A program made the position numbers and the translations under genes. This document shows positions 41,684 through 55,480 of a DNA stretch of 64,000 nt, piece by piece (the stretch's first letter is position 1; every line of letters begins with the position of its first letter). The stretch is from Octopus vulgaris (lineage: Eukaryota). The stretch is from assembly GCA_951406725.2 (NCBI GenBank), contig OX597821.1:88722001-88786000 (forward strand). Reading direction: 5' to 3'. Below the pieces are notes generated by a model. That model did not search any database, was not told where the DNA came from, and saw only the letters and a program-made list of their open reading frames with translations.

Positions 41684-41898
41684 CTCTAGAATCACTGGAC
41701 TAGACTAGTTTTGCCTATCATTTGTTGGCTTGTCAGCTAATATACTCATTAGTATTTCGCTAAATCAACCATAAATTTATATGGTAAAAGTGTATATACT
41801 GACAGGCTGATTTAGCCAAACCAGCGAGCGATTGAGAAGTAACATCTGACGAACCTACAACTGATAAGTGAAACTAGTCTAGTCCAGTGAACCTAGAG
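41684..41898. repeat. Old foldback (~55-bp arms) whose arms are decayed hammerhead-like motifs
   Basis: Right arm CTGACGA-acctacaactgataagt-GAAAC-ta-GTC-tagtccagtga; left arm on minus CTGACAA-gccaacaaatgataggc-AAAAC-ta-GTC-tagtccagtga. Confidence 0.6.
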
Positions 41899-42417
41899 GC
41901 CTTGTCAGTGTATGTATGCTGTGAAACATATGTAGCTCGGATATTATCTACTCCATTCCTTAACTTATATATGCATATGTACATGCAATTTGCATTCTAC
42001 ACTCAGTTCTCCGATCGGCGAAACGTGCTATTCAAGCCACAATTTTAATCGGTGCCGACAATTTTTCGTAATGACCACACAGGCATAGTTTTTGCGTAGC
42101 GTCTCATAAAACTAGTTCTTTACATGGACTATGCACCCGAGCGTGTTCGGTATAGCTTTCGCTTAACAGATTCATAAAGTTTATATCAAGCAATGCTTGA
42201 TATCTGCTTAATGTCATCAAATTAGGTCTTGAATTCCAGAGGTCTTTCATCACGCGCATACACCTGCGATTCTGTTTTGTATTTACATCATGCTATACAC
42301 ATACATGCATACATACATACATACATACATACACAGACACACTGACACACACACACACAAATATATGTGTATATGTATATATATATATATATATATATAG
42401 ATCTATCTATCTATATA

Positions 42418-42475
<58 letters not shown>

Positions 42476-42644
42476 CACACATTTATGGTCGGGGCTGTGT
42501 AGGAAGGCATTGCTTTCCCTCTATATTGTGTCATCTAATATAACGACTACACACGTGAATTTGTTCATTAGCCAATGCTCTTATTCTTTCTTCGTATTCT
42601 CACCCATCTTTTTCTCTGTCTGTCTTACACTCCATTTTCCTCAT

Positions 42645-42676
<32 letters not shown>

Positions 42677-43154
42677 TCTTCTCTCCCGTTGCTTCTTTTA
42701 ATCTCTCTTTCTCTTGCTCATATTTTCTTAATTGGCTCTCCTGATTGCTCTTCACTGATACTTATGGCCAACACCGTTTTCATCAGCCTCATTATTGAGT
42801 AACATCATCACTAGCAATATTAATGGGCCACCACCATCACCACCACCACCACCACCACCACTATTGTCACTGTTAACATCACCAGCAGCAGCAGCAGTAT
42901 TAAAAGTACTATAAGCAGAGGCATCAGCAGCAATCGGTTCTGCAGAGGCCTTAACGTCATCACAGATATTTTCATCCTCATTCCCATCGCTGTCATCACT
43001 AACATCATAAACCTTGTATCCATCACATTAATCGCCATTTTGTTCACCAGTATCACCATCATAAACATCATTATCGTCACTGTCGCCTTCCTCTCGAACG
43101 GGAATCTTATCAATATTATCTCTAATATTCTTAACATATTTTCTTCTTATTAAT

Positions 43155-43164
43155 GTCGTCATCG

Positions 43165-43214
<50 letters not shown>

Positions 43215-43251
43215 GTCATCGTCGTCGTCGTCGTCGTCATCGTCATCATCG

Positions 43252-43298
<47 letters not shown>

Positions 43299-43440
43299 GT
43301 TGTCGTCGTCGTCGTCATCGTCATCATCATCATCATCACCACCATCATCATCATCATCATCATCGTCGTCGTCGTCGTCGTCATCATCATCATCATCATC
43401 GTCATCACCGGCATCATTATCATCATTGTCATCATCATCG

Positions 43441-43499
<59 letters not shown>

Positions 43500-43581
43500 G
43501 CCGTCGTCGTCGTCGTCGTCGTCATCATCGTCATCATCATCATCGGCACCATTATCATCATTGTAATCATCATCGTCATCA
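43155..43581. repeat. Long compound (ATC)n/(GTC)n microsatellite
   Basis: Direct inspection; source of the poly-D/S/M pseudo-ORFs. Confidence 0.95.
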
Positions 43582-44157
43582 ACAGTTTTTAATTTATTCT
43601 CTATTGATACTGTTGTCATCATATTCATTGCCACCATTTCCTTAACCAACAATTCTCTCTCTCTCTCTCTCTGTCTCTTTCTCTCTTTCTCTCTATCTCC
43701 CTCTCCCTCATCATAATCTCTACAAGAGAACTATTATTATCCATGACACTACAGCTATCACAAATCCCTTCCAAAGCATCTGACAGGAAGTACTTCACCG
43801 TAGCCAATACCGCACAAACTTTTCTCCAGGGTTAAAGGTTACTTGATCTTAACTAATCACTAACTCTCTATAAAGCTTTATTAAGCTGCCTGGACTAGTT
43901 CTTAGACTTTTGGGCACTAAAGTTTCTTGAACGCCTCTAGTAACATACTTTGGACGACACAGATACCATTATAAACGATTTTAGCCTTTGTAAGTCAATC
44001 AATACGGTAAAAAGTACTTATGTGATATAAAGCAAGGTGTATATCTTGATTAAAAGGATCATGTGACAAACTGCTCGATGAAAATAAAAGTAATGTGAAA
44101 AGACTTCAGATACAGCTGTTGATATACGTACACAGAAGTTCAAATTATTCTCAGTAT

Positions 44158-44347
44158 AGGCGCAAGAGTGACTGAGTGGTAAGTGGCTTGCTTACAAACC
44201 ACATGGTTCCGGGTTCAGTCCTACTGCGTTGTACTTTGGGCAAGTGTCTTCTACTATAGCCTCGGGCCGATTAATGCCTTGTGATTGGATTTGGTAGACG
44301 GAAACTAAAAGAAGCCCGTCGTATATATATATATATATATATATGTG

Positions 44348-44416
<69 letters not shown>

Positions 44417-44620
44417 GTTTGTGTGTCTTTGTTTGTCCCCCAACATCGCTTGACGTCCGATGCTGGTGGGTTTACGTCCCCGTAACTTAGCAGTTCAGCA
44501 AAATAGACCGATAAAATAAGTACTAAGCTTACAAAGAATAAGTCCTGTGGTTGATTTGCTCGACTAAAGGCGGTGCTCCAGCATGGCCGCATTCAAATGA
44601 CTGAAACAAATAAAAGAGTA
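44158..44620 (+). mobile_element. SINE A, full length
   Basis: Aligns end to end with 1299-1711. Confidence 0.9.
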
Positions 44621-47600
44621 TAGGAAATAACTAAAAATCCGTGCTCAATAATAAATTTGTGCTGTTTGGAATAAAAATCACTGGATTAGCCAAAATATTT
44701 GAAAACCTTTTATCCAAATGTATTGACTCTAAGACACGAAATCGTTATTGTATTGATAGTGGTGGTGTTGGTGTTGGTCGTGGTTGTTGTAGTGCTGTTG
44801 ATGATGGTGATGTTTGGGGTTGGGGTTGGGGTCAGCGCTGATAGAGTAAGTCTCTGGTTGAACTTATTCTAGACACCACCATTCTGCTTTTCGTACTCAT
44901 CCAGTTCATATTCCTGTATGTCCTTCCTGTTTTTAAAGGAAATTCGTTCACTTTATGTAAGACTTCGTGCAACTTCAGAAATGTTTTCTTGCTGTTTCTG
45001 TAAAACCAGAAACGATTATACTTATTACACTGCACACTCCGTGGCACACATACACAAATCTGTTTATAGATGTGTAAGCTAAAACATATACGTATTTATG
45101 AAATATTAACACACATAAACTCAGTTATCCAACATTTACGACTTCATAATTTTAAAACAAACGGAATATTAGCACATGATAGTATAATTTTCCTTGCTTT
45201 CCTGCACACACTCATAAATATTTCAAAATAATTAATTAATCAAAACCGATCAAAATTCTAATCAAATTATAATGTCTCGGCGAGAAACAGGTTTGTATAG
45301 TATGTTGAATGTTTTATTTTCTAACAAGTTGATATTTAGATGAGCTTTTACCATCATATCACTTCATAGAAATGTTGCTAGCTAAACGATGGCCAGACCT
45401 TTTGTTCAATTCCTAACTACTATAAGATACATACTGATGGGGTTGATAAATATGTTTTTCTTTGGGGCACTTCCACTGATTAACTCAACAAATTCAAAGT
45501 AATAGGATGCGCGTAATATGTCAGCACACTAACACCAACCGTTCTCTGTAATATACTGAGAGGTACGTGTTACTTTTGAGTAAGGGTGCAGTTATTTTTA
45601 CGTCTTTTCAGTTCTTCCAGTGCAAATAGAGATTTTTTAGTATTATCTGCATATGTGAGGCACTCGTTCATATGGAGAAAAATTGCCACCAAGTATTTTA
45701 CGACTAGTTTTGCATCTGAGATATTGTCTGCCTAATAAATGAATAGATTTAAGAAGCTGAGATGTTACCCTCCAAAAGAATCATTGATTGATAAAACTTA
45801 CCGGCACTTCTGAAGGAGTAAAAAAAATTACCAATTCGACAGAATGTTTACAGTCGATATATTTCTAGAATATAAAAGCGTCTAGCTTTACCAGAAAAGA
45901 TAACAGTTTGTTACATAAAAATCAACAGTTACACAAACTCAGAGGAAGGCAGAGAAAGAAAGATAGGGAAAGAGAGAAAGAAAGTGTGAGAGAGAAATAG
46001 AGATAGCGAGTACGACAGGATTTTGTCATATTTTCGAAAATCTCAAAATATCGTACTTATGAAATTCTCAACGCCTCGCTATTTATGAAAATAAAATTCT
46101 TTATTGTAAAAGTAATGCCTTTGTGTTTTTTTTCTTTATCGCTGAGGTTTCTTTTTTATTTGCTCACAAAACTACATATTTTTGCACCAAAGTATCTGCA
46201 ATAGAGTTTTGTGAGGTATCTGTCTAAGAAACAAATTCTGTTTCCATCAAGGGACAGAAGAGGCGGATTTTAAATTTCCTTTTCATTTCAAAGCATGTTC
46301 TGCAAAGTTTTAGTATCAGGGAAATATCTTATTTTCAAAGATGGCCCTTAGAGGGAAGAATTTCATCAGAAATCTTATTTATTCGTTTGGAGTTTTAATT
46401 CAAGCGATTTGAGTAGAAAAATGAAAACATCCAGTACGATAAGGTACCAGCATTTCCTTCAACAGTTTCCGCCTTTATCAATGAAATGAAGATGTCCCGG
46501 GGAAAAAATACATCCAACAATAAATTCTTTACTATCGGTATACTATTCTTGCTATCTTTTAACTTGAAACTAGATTCATTATCAGCATCTGAAAGATTTT
46601 TGAGATTCCAAACATGTTCCTCTTTAATCATACCACCACTATCTATGATGTAAGAATTTCTCTCTCAAATCTGTATGAAAATTTCTCTCTAGAAGTTAGG
46701 AGTGAGAATTCTCTCTAAAATATTCACTGCTACGCTGAAAGCAAATCCTATTTGCGATTCAAAAAGGAATACTTGTGAATTAATAACATTTCCTTGATAG
46801 CTTCAAACGTCGTAGAGAAATAATCTTCATCCGGAATGGAAATCTCGCAGCTAAAGCGATAAATATAGTGTTATGAAATGTTCCTATATCCCTGAACCGT
46901 TGATTTTAATTGTTAATTTTAACTAATGGAAATATATAATGATGTTATATTTCAGCACAAACTTGCTTTGGAGGATTTCTTGGGTGTCGTTAAGGACGTG
47001 ATCCCAGGGTTAGCGACCTTTAATTGGGTTACAGCCACCAATAATCAATAAATTATTACGTAAAGACGCAAATGCCCTGGCTCCTGTGCATGTCTAAATG
47101 CCTGCTGCATGTCACTTATGGGTATAAAAATCCACTCAATTGAGACAGAAATTGTGTTTGATTGAGTCTCAAAAGTCTTTTATTTCTATTTCTCACTTTA
47201 TGCACAGTGTGAATACTGTGGATGAAGTCAATAATTTCAAGTAAATTGGCGTTACTTTTCGTGTTGTAGATGAGGATAAAGTAAAGTTTTTCGCATGATC
47301 TCTGCCCACAAACTGAGCTCTGTCTTATTGAAAGACGGAATATATCTTAGCCGTATTTGCATGCGCCGCTACCTTTTCGCGCGTTCAGCTGGGAGACGCA
47401 GCCAATGCAAATGGTAAATTTACTCAATCTTCAAGCATTCATCTACTTTCACTTCTAAAATTTTCCATGTTTGTGCTTTTAGATTTGGTTTCAAATTTTG
47501 TATCAAACACCGAACTTCAACATGTTATCGCATCGATTCCCCTCAACAAAACGTTCTCAAAAATGTGACTTTGCTAACTTCCTAATACACTCTGTAATAT

Positions 47601-47978
47601 GTAATGTGAAATCGGCCCTGAAACTGCCCCCCCCCCCCCCCGAGCTTCTCCCGAGATGGTGCAAACAGTGAGAAGAGAGACAGAACGTGGATTAGTATAA
47701 ACTATCGAGATTTTAAATCAGTAGCTGGTCCTCATATGTATGGTGTCCTCCTTCGAATTGCGAATGAGTTACTATATCTTCATTAGTTATCGGTGAGTAT
47801 CCCTCGAAATACGTTTCTCTTTGCGATGACCTACATTCAGTGACTGGAACCGGCTCACCTACCCTGGGTTAACACCAATAAAAGTATTACCAATTTCCTT
47901 ATTCTTATGAGTTTCTTTATATTTAACATCATATGCGTTCTCAAAAATGTTGCTCTATAATACCCTTGATGGTTAATT

Positions 47979-48209
47979 TACTCTTTTACTTGTTTCAGTC
48001 ATTTGACTGTGGCCTTGCTGGGGCACCGCCTTTAGTCGAGCAAATCGACCTCAGGTCTTATTCTTTGTAAGCCTAGTACTTATTCTATCGGTCACTTTTG
48101 CCGAAACGCTAAATTACGGGGACGTGAACATAGCAGCATCAGTTTTCAGGCAATGTTCGGGGTACAAACACAGACACACAAACATATAAACACACATACA
48201 TATACATAT

Positions 48210-48270
<61 letters not shown>

Positions 48271-48455
48271 CATATATACATATATATATACGACGGGATT
48301 CTTTTCAGTTTCCGTCTACCAAATCCACTCACAAGGTTTTGGTAGGCCCGAGGCTATAGTAGAAGACACTTGCCGAAGGTGCCACGCAGTGGGACTGATC
48401 CCAGAACCATGTGGTTGGTAAGCAAACGACTTACCATACAGCCACTCCTGCGCCT
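47979..48455 (-). mobile_element. SINE A, full length
   Basis: Reverse complement aligns with 1299-1711. Confidence 0.9.
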
Positions 48456-48956
48456 ATATTCACAATATTTTTGATAATTATTATACAATCATCTTTGTCT
48501 ATCAGACATTTCAAGTTCCGATTCATTACTATTGTGCAGTTTAGCTGTTGGTGTTGTGTGATTTTTATGAGGATAACTGTGTCTGGGATGTTATTCGTGT
48601 TGCACTTTCTCTTCCTTTTCACTTTCATCATTGATGTGTTTATTTCCACCACAAATTTTATAATGGAAATCGGCAGTGTCTGTCAAAGTGGATTCTTTCG
48701 TTAGTCTTACAGTATCCACTCATAGAAGGAAAATTTCCGCAGAGGAAGAACATCGCATCTTTAGCATTTTTGTAATGATTGTCCTGTCTTCTTTCCCCAA
48801 ATATTACATTCACTATTAGTTTATCCTCCATACTAGAGATTTTTGAATGTACTAAGTGAGTATCTATAGATTTGTTTATTTCTTGCAATCGAACTTTTAA
48901 TTAACTGTTTCTATGCTGGATCATTTATGTGTAGCTATATGTATTAGCATTTTAAG

Positions 48957-49172
48957 ACGGCGAGCTGGCAGAATCGTTAGCACGCGAGGGGAAAAAAGTT
49001 TAGTGGTATTTCGCCCTTCTTTATTTTCTGAGCCCAAATTCCGCCGAGGTCGACTTTACCTTTCATAATCTCGGGGGTCGATAAAATAAATACCAGTTGG
49101 ATACTGAGGTTGATGTAATTGACTTACCCCTTCTCCCTAAATCGCTGGCTTTTTAGCAAAATTTGAAACCAA
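48957..49172 (+). mobile_element. SINE B (type-2-like tail)
   Basis: GGCGAGCTGGCAGAATCGTTAGCACG..AAATTCCGCCGAGGTCGACTTTACCTTTCAT. Confidence 0.82.
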
Positions 49173-49682
49173 TACGTCTTATCATGTGGTACTGTAATAG
49201 TTATTCTGTTGTAATAGTTATTGCTTAGTCCTGCGTTAAACTCCGTAAGACAACAAGCTTTTTATGAGCAGCATTCAGGTCGTAATCATCCTGTATTTCT
49301 GTGTGCGTAGGACGAAATTATAATCTTTATTTTCATTCTTCATCAAAGATAAATAGAACGTAACTGTTTAGCTGGCATCTCTGGCAGGCTTTCACTAGTA
49401 TGGCTACCAAACGCATAGTTACGCAATCATTTACTGTCTTTGTACATATGGTAGAATATTTGTGTAAGCTCAGGTGTTCCTCGAATTAGAATACGTTGAC
49501 AAAATATTTATGCAAATATCTGTGTCATGATCGAGTGACGTAAAAGGTGGAGACTCTCAGATGATGAATTTTAAGTATGAATATATACATATTTATATAA
49601 ATATAGACCAACTCACGAAGTAACATATGGTATCTCAACACAAATTTAAGTTCTGGTTTTATTGTACGTCCTTTGTGTAATA

Positions 49683-49743
<61 letters not shown>

Positions 49744-49779
49744 TGCGCACACACGCGCACAAACATATATTTATATGTA

Positions 49780-49810
<31 letters not shown>

Positions 49811-50117
49811 AAATATATATATATGCATATCTATATTTATGTATATATACACATATATAGACATGTGAGTCTGTATATCTTTCGGCTTATCTACATATAT
49901 CTATATATACGTGCGTGTGAGTGTGTGTGTGTGTTTGTGTGTGTGTGTGCGTGCGCGTGTATGTGTGTGAGTGCGTACATCCGTACATACAGGAACAATC
50001 ACATCTATCTACGCATACATATTGATTGATTTGTCTAATAAGATGATATTCGTTTATATAGAAGGTATCGGAGATATAAAGATTGATGGGCTGATATTGA
50101 GATAGATAGACATTTAA

Positions 50118-50156
50118 TTAATAATAATAATAATAGTAATAATAATAATAATAATG

Positions 50157-50233
<77 letters not shown>

Positions 50234-50258
50234 AATGATGATGATGATGATGATGATG

Positions 50259-50319
<61 letters not shown>
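50118..50319. repeat. Compound (AAT)n(GAT)n(AAT)n microsatellite
   Basis: Direct inspection. Confidence 0.95.
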
Positions 50320-50320
<1 letters not shown>

Positions 50321-50641
50321 GATTTGTAATTCAATAGCAGCCAGTAACATTCTATTAGAAGAATAATATTTTGGTTATTTATAGAATGATCAGTATAGCT
50401 GTATATTTAATACTCAAACACGTCTTATGTAATTCTACGTATATGCGCATGGATAGATATACGCATAAATACAGACATACATGCATAAAGTTCATAATTG
50501 TATTTGCACACACAGACACACAGACGCACACACCATTTCATTTGATATGAAATTTCCAATCCATTCTTAATTTAATTCAGAAAGGTTTGTTGCTCCTGTG
50601 ATTGCTGTGCGCCAGAGGCACTCCGGATGTGTGTGTGTGTA

Positions 50642-50686
<45 letters not shown>

Positions 50687-51393
50687 AAAATGGGACAAGA
50701 AGGCAAAATATCCGGACAGTAAGGTGATACAAAAAACATCTAGATAGACAATACAAAGAAAACAAGGACGGGTCAATCTAAGTTTTCTTTCCTCAGTCGA
50801 ATACGAGATTATCTTCGCAATTTCGGCTGATTATACTCGAGATTGCACCAATATGGCCAGCCACAAGAAAAAACTAAGATAAGAGCGTTAGATTCATTGA
50901 AAGAAAGCAGCGAACGTTTACAAAAACAAGTACGGGAAAACGGACAATGTTACAAATAAAAATAATAATAGGACATAACAACAGGTGTCTTTTGACTAAG
51001 AACGAAGTACATTAAGCTGGTGTGTGTGGAAATAAAGCCTTACGGCAGGGATACAAGATTTCATAAGCACAGGGTGGAATATTGACAGTCAGACAAACAA
51101 AGAGAGATCAGGCTTGGCCGAAGGGCGGTCACGTGGCAAGAGAAGCGAGAGAGGTAGAGGCAGAAGGACAGAAGAATTAAGGAGGTGGGAGAAAAAATGA
51201 GACACGGTGAAGTGAAAAGTGGAGGGAAAGTGAGCAAGAGGAGAAGGCAAAGAAATGTGAGAGAGGAGGAACGAAAGAACGAAGAGTGGAATGAACGACT
51301 GAGTGTGAAAGAGCTGATAGACAGAAATAGAGTCGTACAATATTTTGAAAAATGTATACTTACATATAAGAGTCTAAAGTGTACGCACGCCGC

Positions 51394-51479
<86 letters not shown>

Positions 51480-51682
51480 GTTAATCCAAACAAGAAAGCA
51501 CAAAAAAACACAACACGAGGTAGTGGAACAAATATATTATTATTGGACGCTCAGGAAAGAAGGAAAGAAGGAGGGTTTAACGTTTCGAGCAGAGCTCTTC
51601 GTCGGAAATATAGGAGAAGGAAAGATCCAGAGAAGAGTAGACAGAGGAAAAAAAATCGCCAACGGTACACACGTGGTCACAT
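51480..51682 (-). mobile_element. TA-embedded short repeat related in architecture to family P1, with hammerhead-like motif
   Basis: Minus 51608-51576: TTT-CCGACGA-A-GAGC tct GCTC-GAAAC-GTT-AAA; TA tracts on both sides; CGCTCAGGAA shared with P1. Confidence 0.6.
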
Positions 51683-51886
51683 TATATATATATATATATA
51701 ATACAAAATGGGACAAGAACGCATGTGGGGAGAGAGACGCAATTATGCAGATAAAGAAATTAAATACACCAAATATATTGAATATATCAAATACATTAGT
51801 TTGAAATATGTGCATATGTATACATATAGGTCAAATAAGAAAATGGAGAGGATATAAAATCGACAAACAGCAGCCAGACATATACA

Positions 51887-51953
<67 letters not shown>

Positions 51954-51963
51954 TGTATGTATG

Positions 51964-52015
<52 letters not shown>

Positions 52016-52016
<1 letters not shown>

Positions 52017-52060
52017 TACCAATGCATCCCGGGGTTGCCCGGGTGTTATGACTTATAAGC
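52016..52060 (-). mobile_element. Probable Helitron 3' terminus (extent of element unknown)
   Basis: Minus: CCCGGG caac CCCGGG hairpin 8 nt before GTAG|T (CTRR variant) next to (TA)n; similar to the 56400-56427 terminus. Confidence 0.5.
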
Positions 52061-52830
52061 ACATTTTATTAATTGCTCCTTTCTTATGGGCAGAATCGGC
52101 ACAGCTGATATATAATTTATGGAATAATGGAAGTTATTTTTTGTTTAATAGTGAAGGGCGAGTGTATAATTTACATGGGTTTGCCTGAAAGTGCTTTCTG
52201 TTCTTAAGAAGAATCAGAAACTGTGTATTGTGTCATCATATAAAAGGGGGTTAATACGATTTTGTCCAGAAATCACGTTTTCAAAATTGTAATTTCCCTC
52301 GTCCTCACCACAATTTCTTAATTTTTTGGGTTGTGGCATAATTTAATACAATAATTATATGTACATTTTCCTAAATGTATGTCTGAGTAGAATTCTTCGC
52401 ATGTGTGAAACATGGGGTGAAAGTGATTCATTATACGCAAATCAAAATATTGTCTGAAAATGACCTCAAAATTGTGCGACCTAACCTAGTTACTGATATT
52501 ATTTTAGTTGCAAAAAAGAATTGTTGTGTGAAAAAAAATAGTTCATTTGGTAGATCGATAATAAGCAGCTTTCTTTATTATAATACACATGTGACTAATT
52601 CGGAGAAAAATTACTTTCATTATTCACACGTCGTCACTCTCGTAATGCAACACTTTGTAAATGTGGTTCAAATTGAATGTGTGAAACTATTTTTTATTTT
52701 ATAATGAAACCTGTTCGTTGTAGAGAAGTGTATTTGAAATAACTGAAGCTGGTTATTGAGGTAACGTGCAAAATACGTAAATGAAAATAAAGTTTATTTC
52801 ACATGTGTAATTGATTTCATTGGTCTGGAA

Positions 52831-53230
52831 GGCGGCGAGCTGGCAGAAACGTTAGCCACGCCGGATGAAATGCTTAGCAGTATTTCGCCTGTCGTTACGT
52901 TGCGAGTTCAAATTCCGCCGAGGTTGACTTTGCCTTTCATCCTTTCGGGGTCGATAAGTAAAGTACCAGTTCCGCACTGGGGTCGATGTAATCGAATTGA
53001 TCCGTTTGTCTGTCCTTGTTTGTCCCCTCTATGTTTAGCCCCTCGTGGGTAATAAAGAAAAAGGTATTTCACCTGTCTTTACGTTCTCAGTTCAAATGCC
53101 ACCGGGGTCACCTATGCCTTTCATCCTTTCGGAGTGAATAAATTATGTACCAGTGAGACACTGGTGCCCATGTAATCGACTGGTCCCCTCCCCCGAAAGT
53201 TAAGGCCTTGTACTTATAGTAGAAAGGATT
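52831..53230 (+). mobile_element. SINE B composite: full type-1 copy (52831-53062) plus headless type-2 copy (53063-53230)
   Basis: Junction AATAAAGAAAAA|GGTATTTC, the same as at 5091/5092; outer flanks GATTTCATTGGTCTGG / GATTTCATTATTCTGG are TSD-like (14/16). Confidence 0.88.
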
Positions 53231-53798
53231 TCATTATTCTGGTCTTAACATCAGTTGGTAAGAATAGAATGTATTTAACGCCACCCTTTTCTTTCTAATT
53301 GGCTGTCCTGTTGCAGGTTCTCATACAACTTCTCACACAACTCTACTATGATTTAGTCTCAGACAATCTATGTCTTTTGCTACTTCTTTCCAACTTTTCA
53401 CTCTCTGTTTCTGAAAGCTACAGTACCTTAGGAAATAAGTTCGGGTGGAAAGCAAGTAAATTTATGATTTATACATTTACAATATACTGGAGTTGCTTTC
53501 AGTCGTATTTAATAAGAACAATCGTAAAGTACGTCCAGCCATGAGATTTCCAGTATTTTGTATGTTATAAACTACATTTTTTTATGCTTCTTATGCGTCT
53601 TTCCTTTATAACATTGCAGAGGGTATGATTTTAAGTAGATTTTGTCTTGTCTTTCAAGTAGTTCCACAGATTCTGCAGAGGATGACTAATATGTCTGCTA
53701 ATGTGCTCATGCGAATACCAGTTTGCGTATGATGTATATAATTGTATTACTGAATATGTGAATATTGGTGTTAATTTACATCTATCTACCTATCTATC

Positions 53799-53911
<113 letters not shown>

Positions 53912-54138
53912 ATTAATCAATATAGGGTGGCAAAAAAAAATTTTGTAGAATTCTTTTGCCACCAGCGGCTAGTAGGAAAAAATTAAATAGTCATAGACCA
54001 TTTTTAAGTTTAACATCAACAATCAAGGAACGGCCATAATAGGCCATTCACCCACTAGAAATAACAGCCAAAGCTTCAACCGCAAATAAAAGTTAATTCT
54101 GTAAACCAGGAGAAAATTTAAAAAACATTTACCCTGTA

Positions 54139-54245
54139 ATTTCTTATACGATATACCGTTTCATCTGCTGATTAATGGTAAACTAACCTGATTAAATTAA
54201 ATCAAGCCAATCTTCCACAGGCCCTCAGATTCGTCAGTAAGAAAT
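54139..54245 (-). ncRNA. Type I hammerhead ribozyme, copy 1
   Basis: Exact reverse complement of 54342-54448. Confidence 0.88.
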
Positions 54246-54341
54246 AGCCCAAGTCGGAACAGATATTTTCACGAGGCATTTCCGACCTTGCCAAGTTTAT
54301 ATCTGACCTAAAATTTTCAAATCGTCGCACTCGCTTGGGCT

Positions 54342-54448
54342 ATTTCTTACTGACGAATCTGAGGGCCTGTGGAAGATTGGCTTGATTTAATTTAATCAGG
54401 TTAGTTTACCATTAATCAGCAGATGAAACGGTATATCGTATAAGAAAT
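54342..54448 (+). ncRNA. Type I hammerhead ribozyme, copy 2 (extended stem II)
   Basis: Stem I ATTTCTTA/TAAGAAAT; core CTGACGA (54350-56); stem II ATCTG..CAGAT enclosing a further hairpin; GAAA 54425-28; stem III ACGG tata TCGT; GUA triplet with predicted cleavage after 54440. Confidence 0.9.
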
Positions 54449-54834
54449 TACAGGGTAAATGTTTTTTAAATTTTCTCCTGGTTTACAGAATTAACTTTTA
54501 TTTGCGGTTGAAGCTTTGGCTGTTATTTCTAGTGGGTGAATGGCCTATTATGGCCGTTCCTTGATTGTTGATGTTAAACTTAAAAATGGTCTATGACTAT
54601 TTAATTTTTTCCTACTAGGCCGCTGGTGGCAAAAGAATTCTACAAAATTTTTTTTTGCCACCCTATATTGATTAATTATGAATTTTCTGGTTAATTCCGT
54701 AATGGAATCGACGGCTTATATTTATTTGCTGCCGATAAATTTGGCGCGAGTGCGACGATTTGAAAATTTTAGGTCAGATATAAACTTGGCAAGGTCGGAA
54801 ATGCCTCGTGAAAATATCTGTTCCGACTTGGGCT

Positions 54835-54941
54835 ATTTCTTACTGACGAATCTGAGGGCCTGTGGAAGATTGGCTTGATTTAATTTAATCAGGTTAGTTT
54901 ACCATTAATCAGCAGATGAAACGGTATATCGTATAAGAAAT
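54835..54941 (+). ncRNA. Type I hammerhead ribozyme, copy 3
   Basis: Identical to 54342-54448; predicted cleavage after 54933. Confidence 0.9.
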
Positions 54942-55247
54942 TACAGGGTAAATGTTTTTTAAATTTTCTCCTGGTTTACAGAATTAACTTTTATTTGCGG
55001 TTGAAGCTTTGGCTGTTATTTCTAGTGGGTGAATGGCCTATTATGGCCGTTCCTTGATTGTTGATTATATATATATATATATCTATATATATATATATTA
55101 TACAATTTTAAGTAGAGATTGTTAACTTTAATAATACCCAGAAACAGGCTAGAAATAAAATGTCCTAATTGAGCTAATTTCCAATTTATGATATCAATTG
55201 AGGCAATGCCAGTAGAAAACTAGAGGAACATGACCTATTATCCAATA

Positions 55248-55480
55248 TATTTCTTTACTACCCACAAGGGGCTACACACAGAGGGGAAAAACAAGGAGAG
55301 ACAAACGGATTAAGTCGATTACATCGACCCCAGTGAGTAACTGGTACTTAATTTATCGATCCCGAAAGGATGAAATGCAAAGTCGACCTCGGCGGAATTT
55401 GAACTCGGAACGTAACGATAAACGAAATACGGCTACGCATTTCACTCGGCGTGCTAACGTTCCTGCCAGCTCGCCGCCCT
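55248..55480 (-). mobile_element. SINE B (type-1 tail), full length
   Basis: Matches 9820-10048; perfect 19-bp TSD CATGACCTATTATCCAATA (55229-55247 / 55483-55501). Confidence 0.92.

Noticed and set aside
43028-43652. 173-aa poly-Asp ORF resembling an acidic biomineral protein
   Set aside because: (ATC/GTC)n tract of the same type as 9219-9361; open in multiple frames; flanks run into (CT)n
46395-46631. 78-aa non-repetitive ORF on minus
   Set aside because: No motif or splice support; cannot be distinguished from chance without a search
54678-54878. 66-aa ORF inside the 493-bp unit
   Set aside because: No recognisable motif; overlaps the ribozyme; length expected by chance
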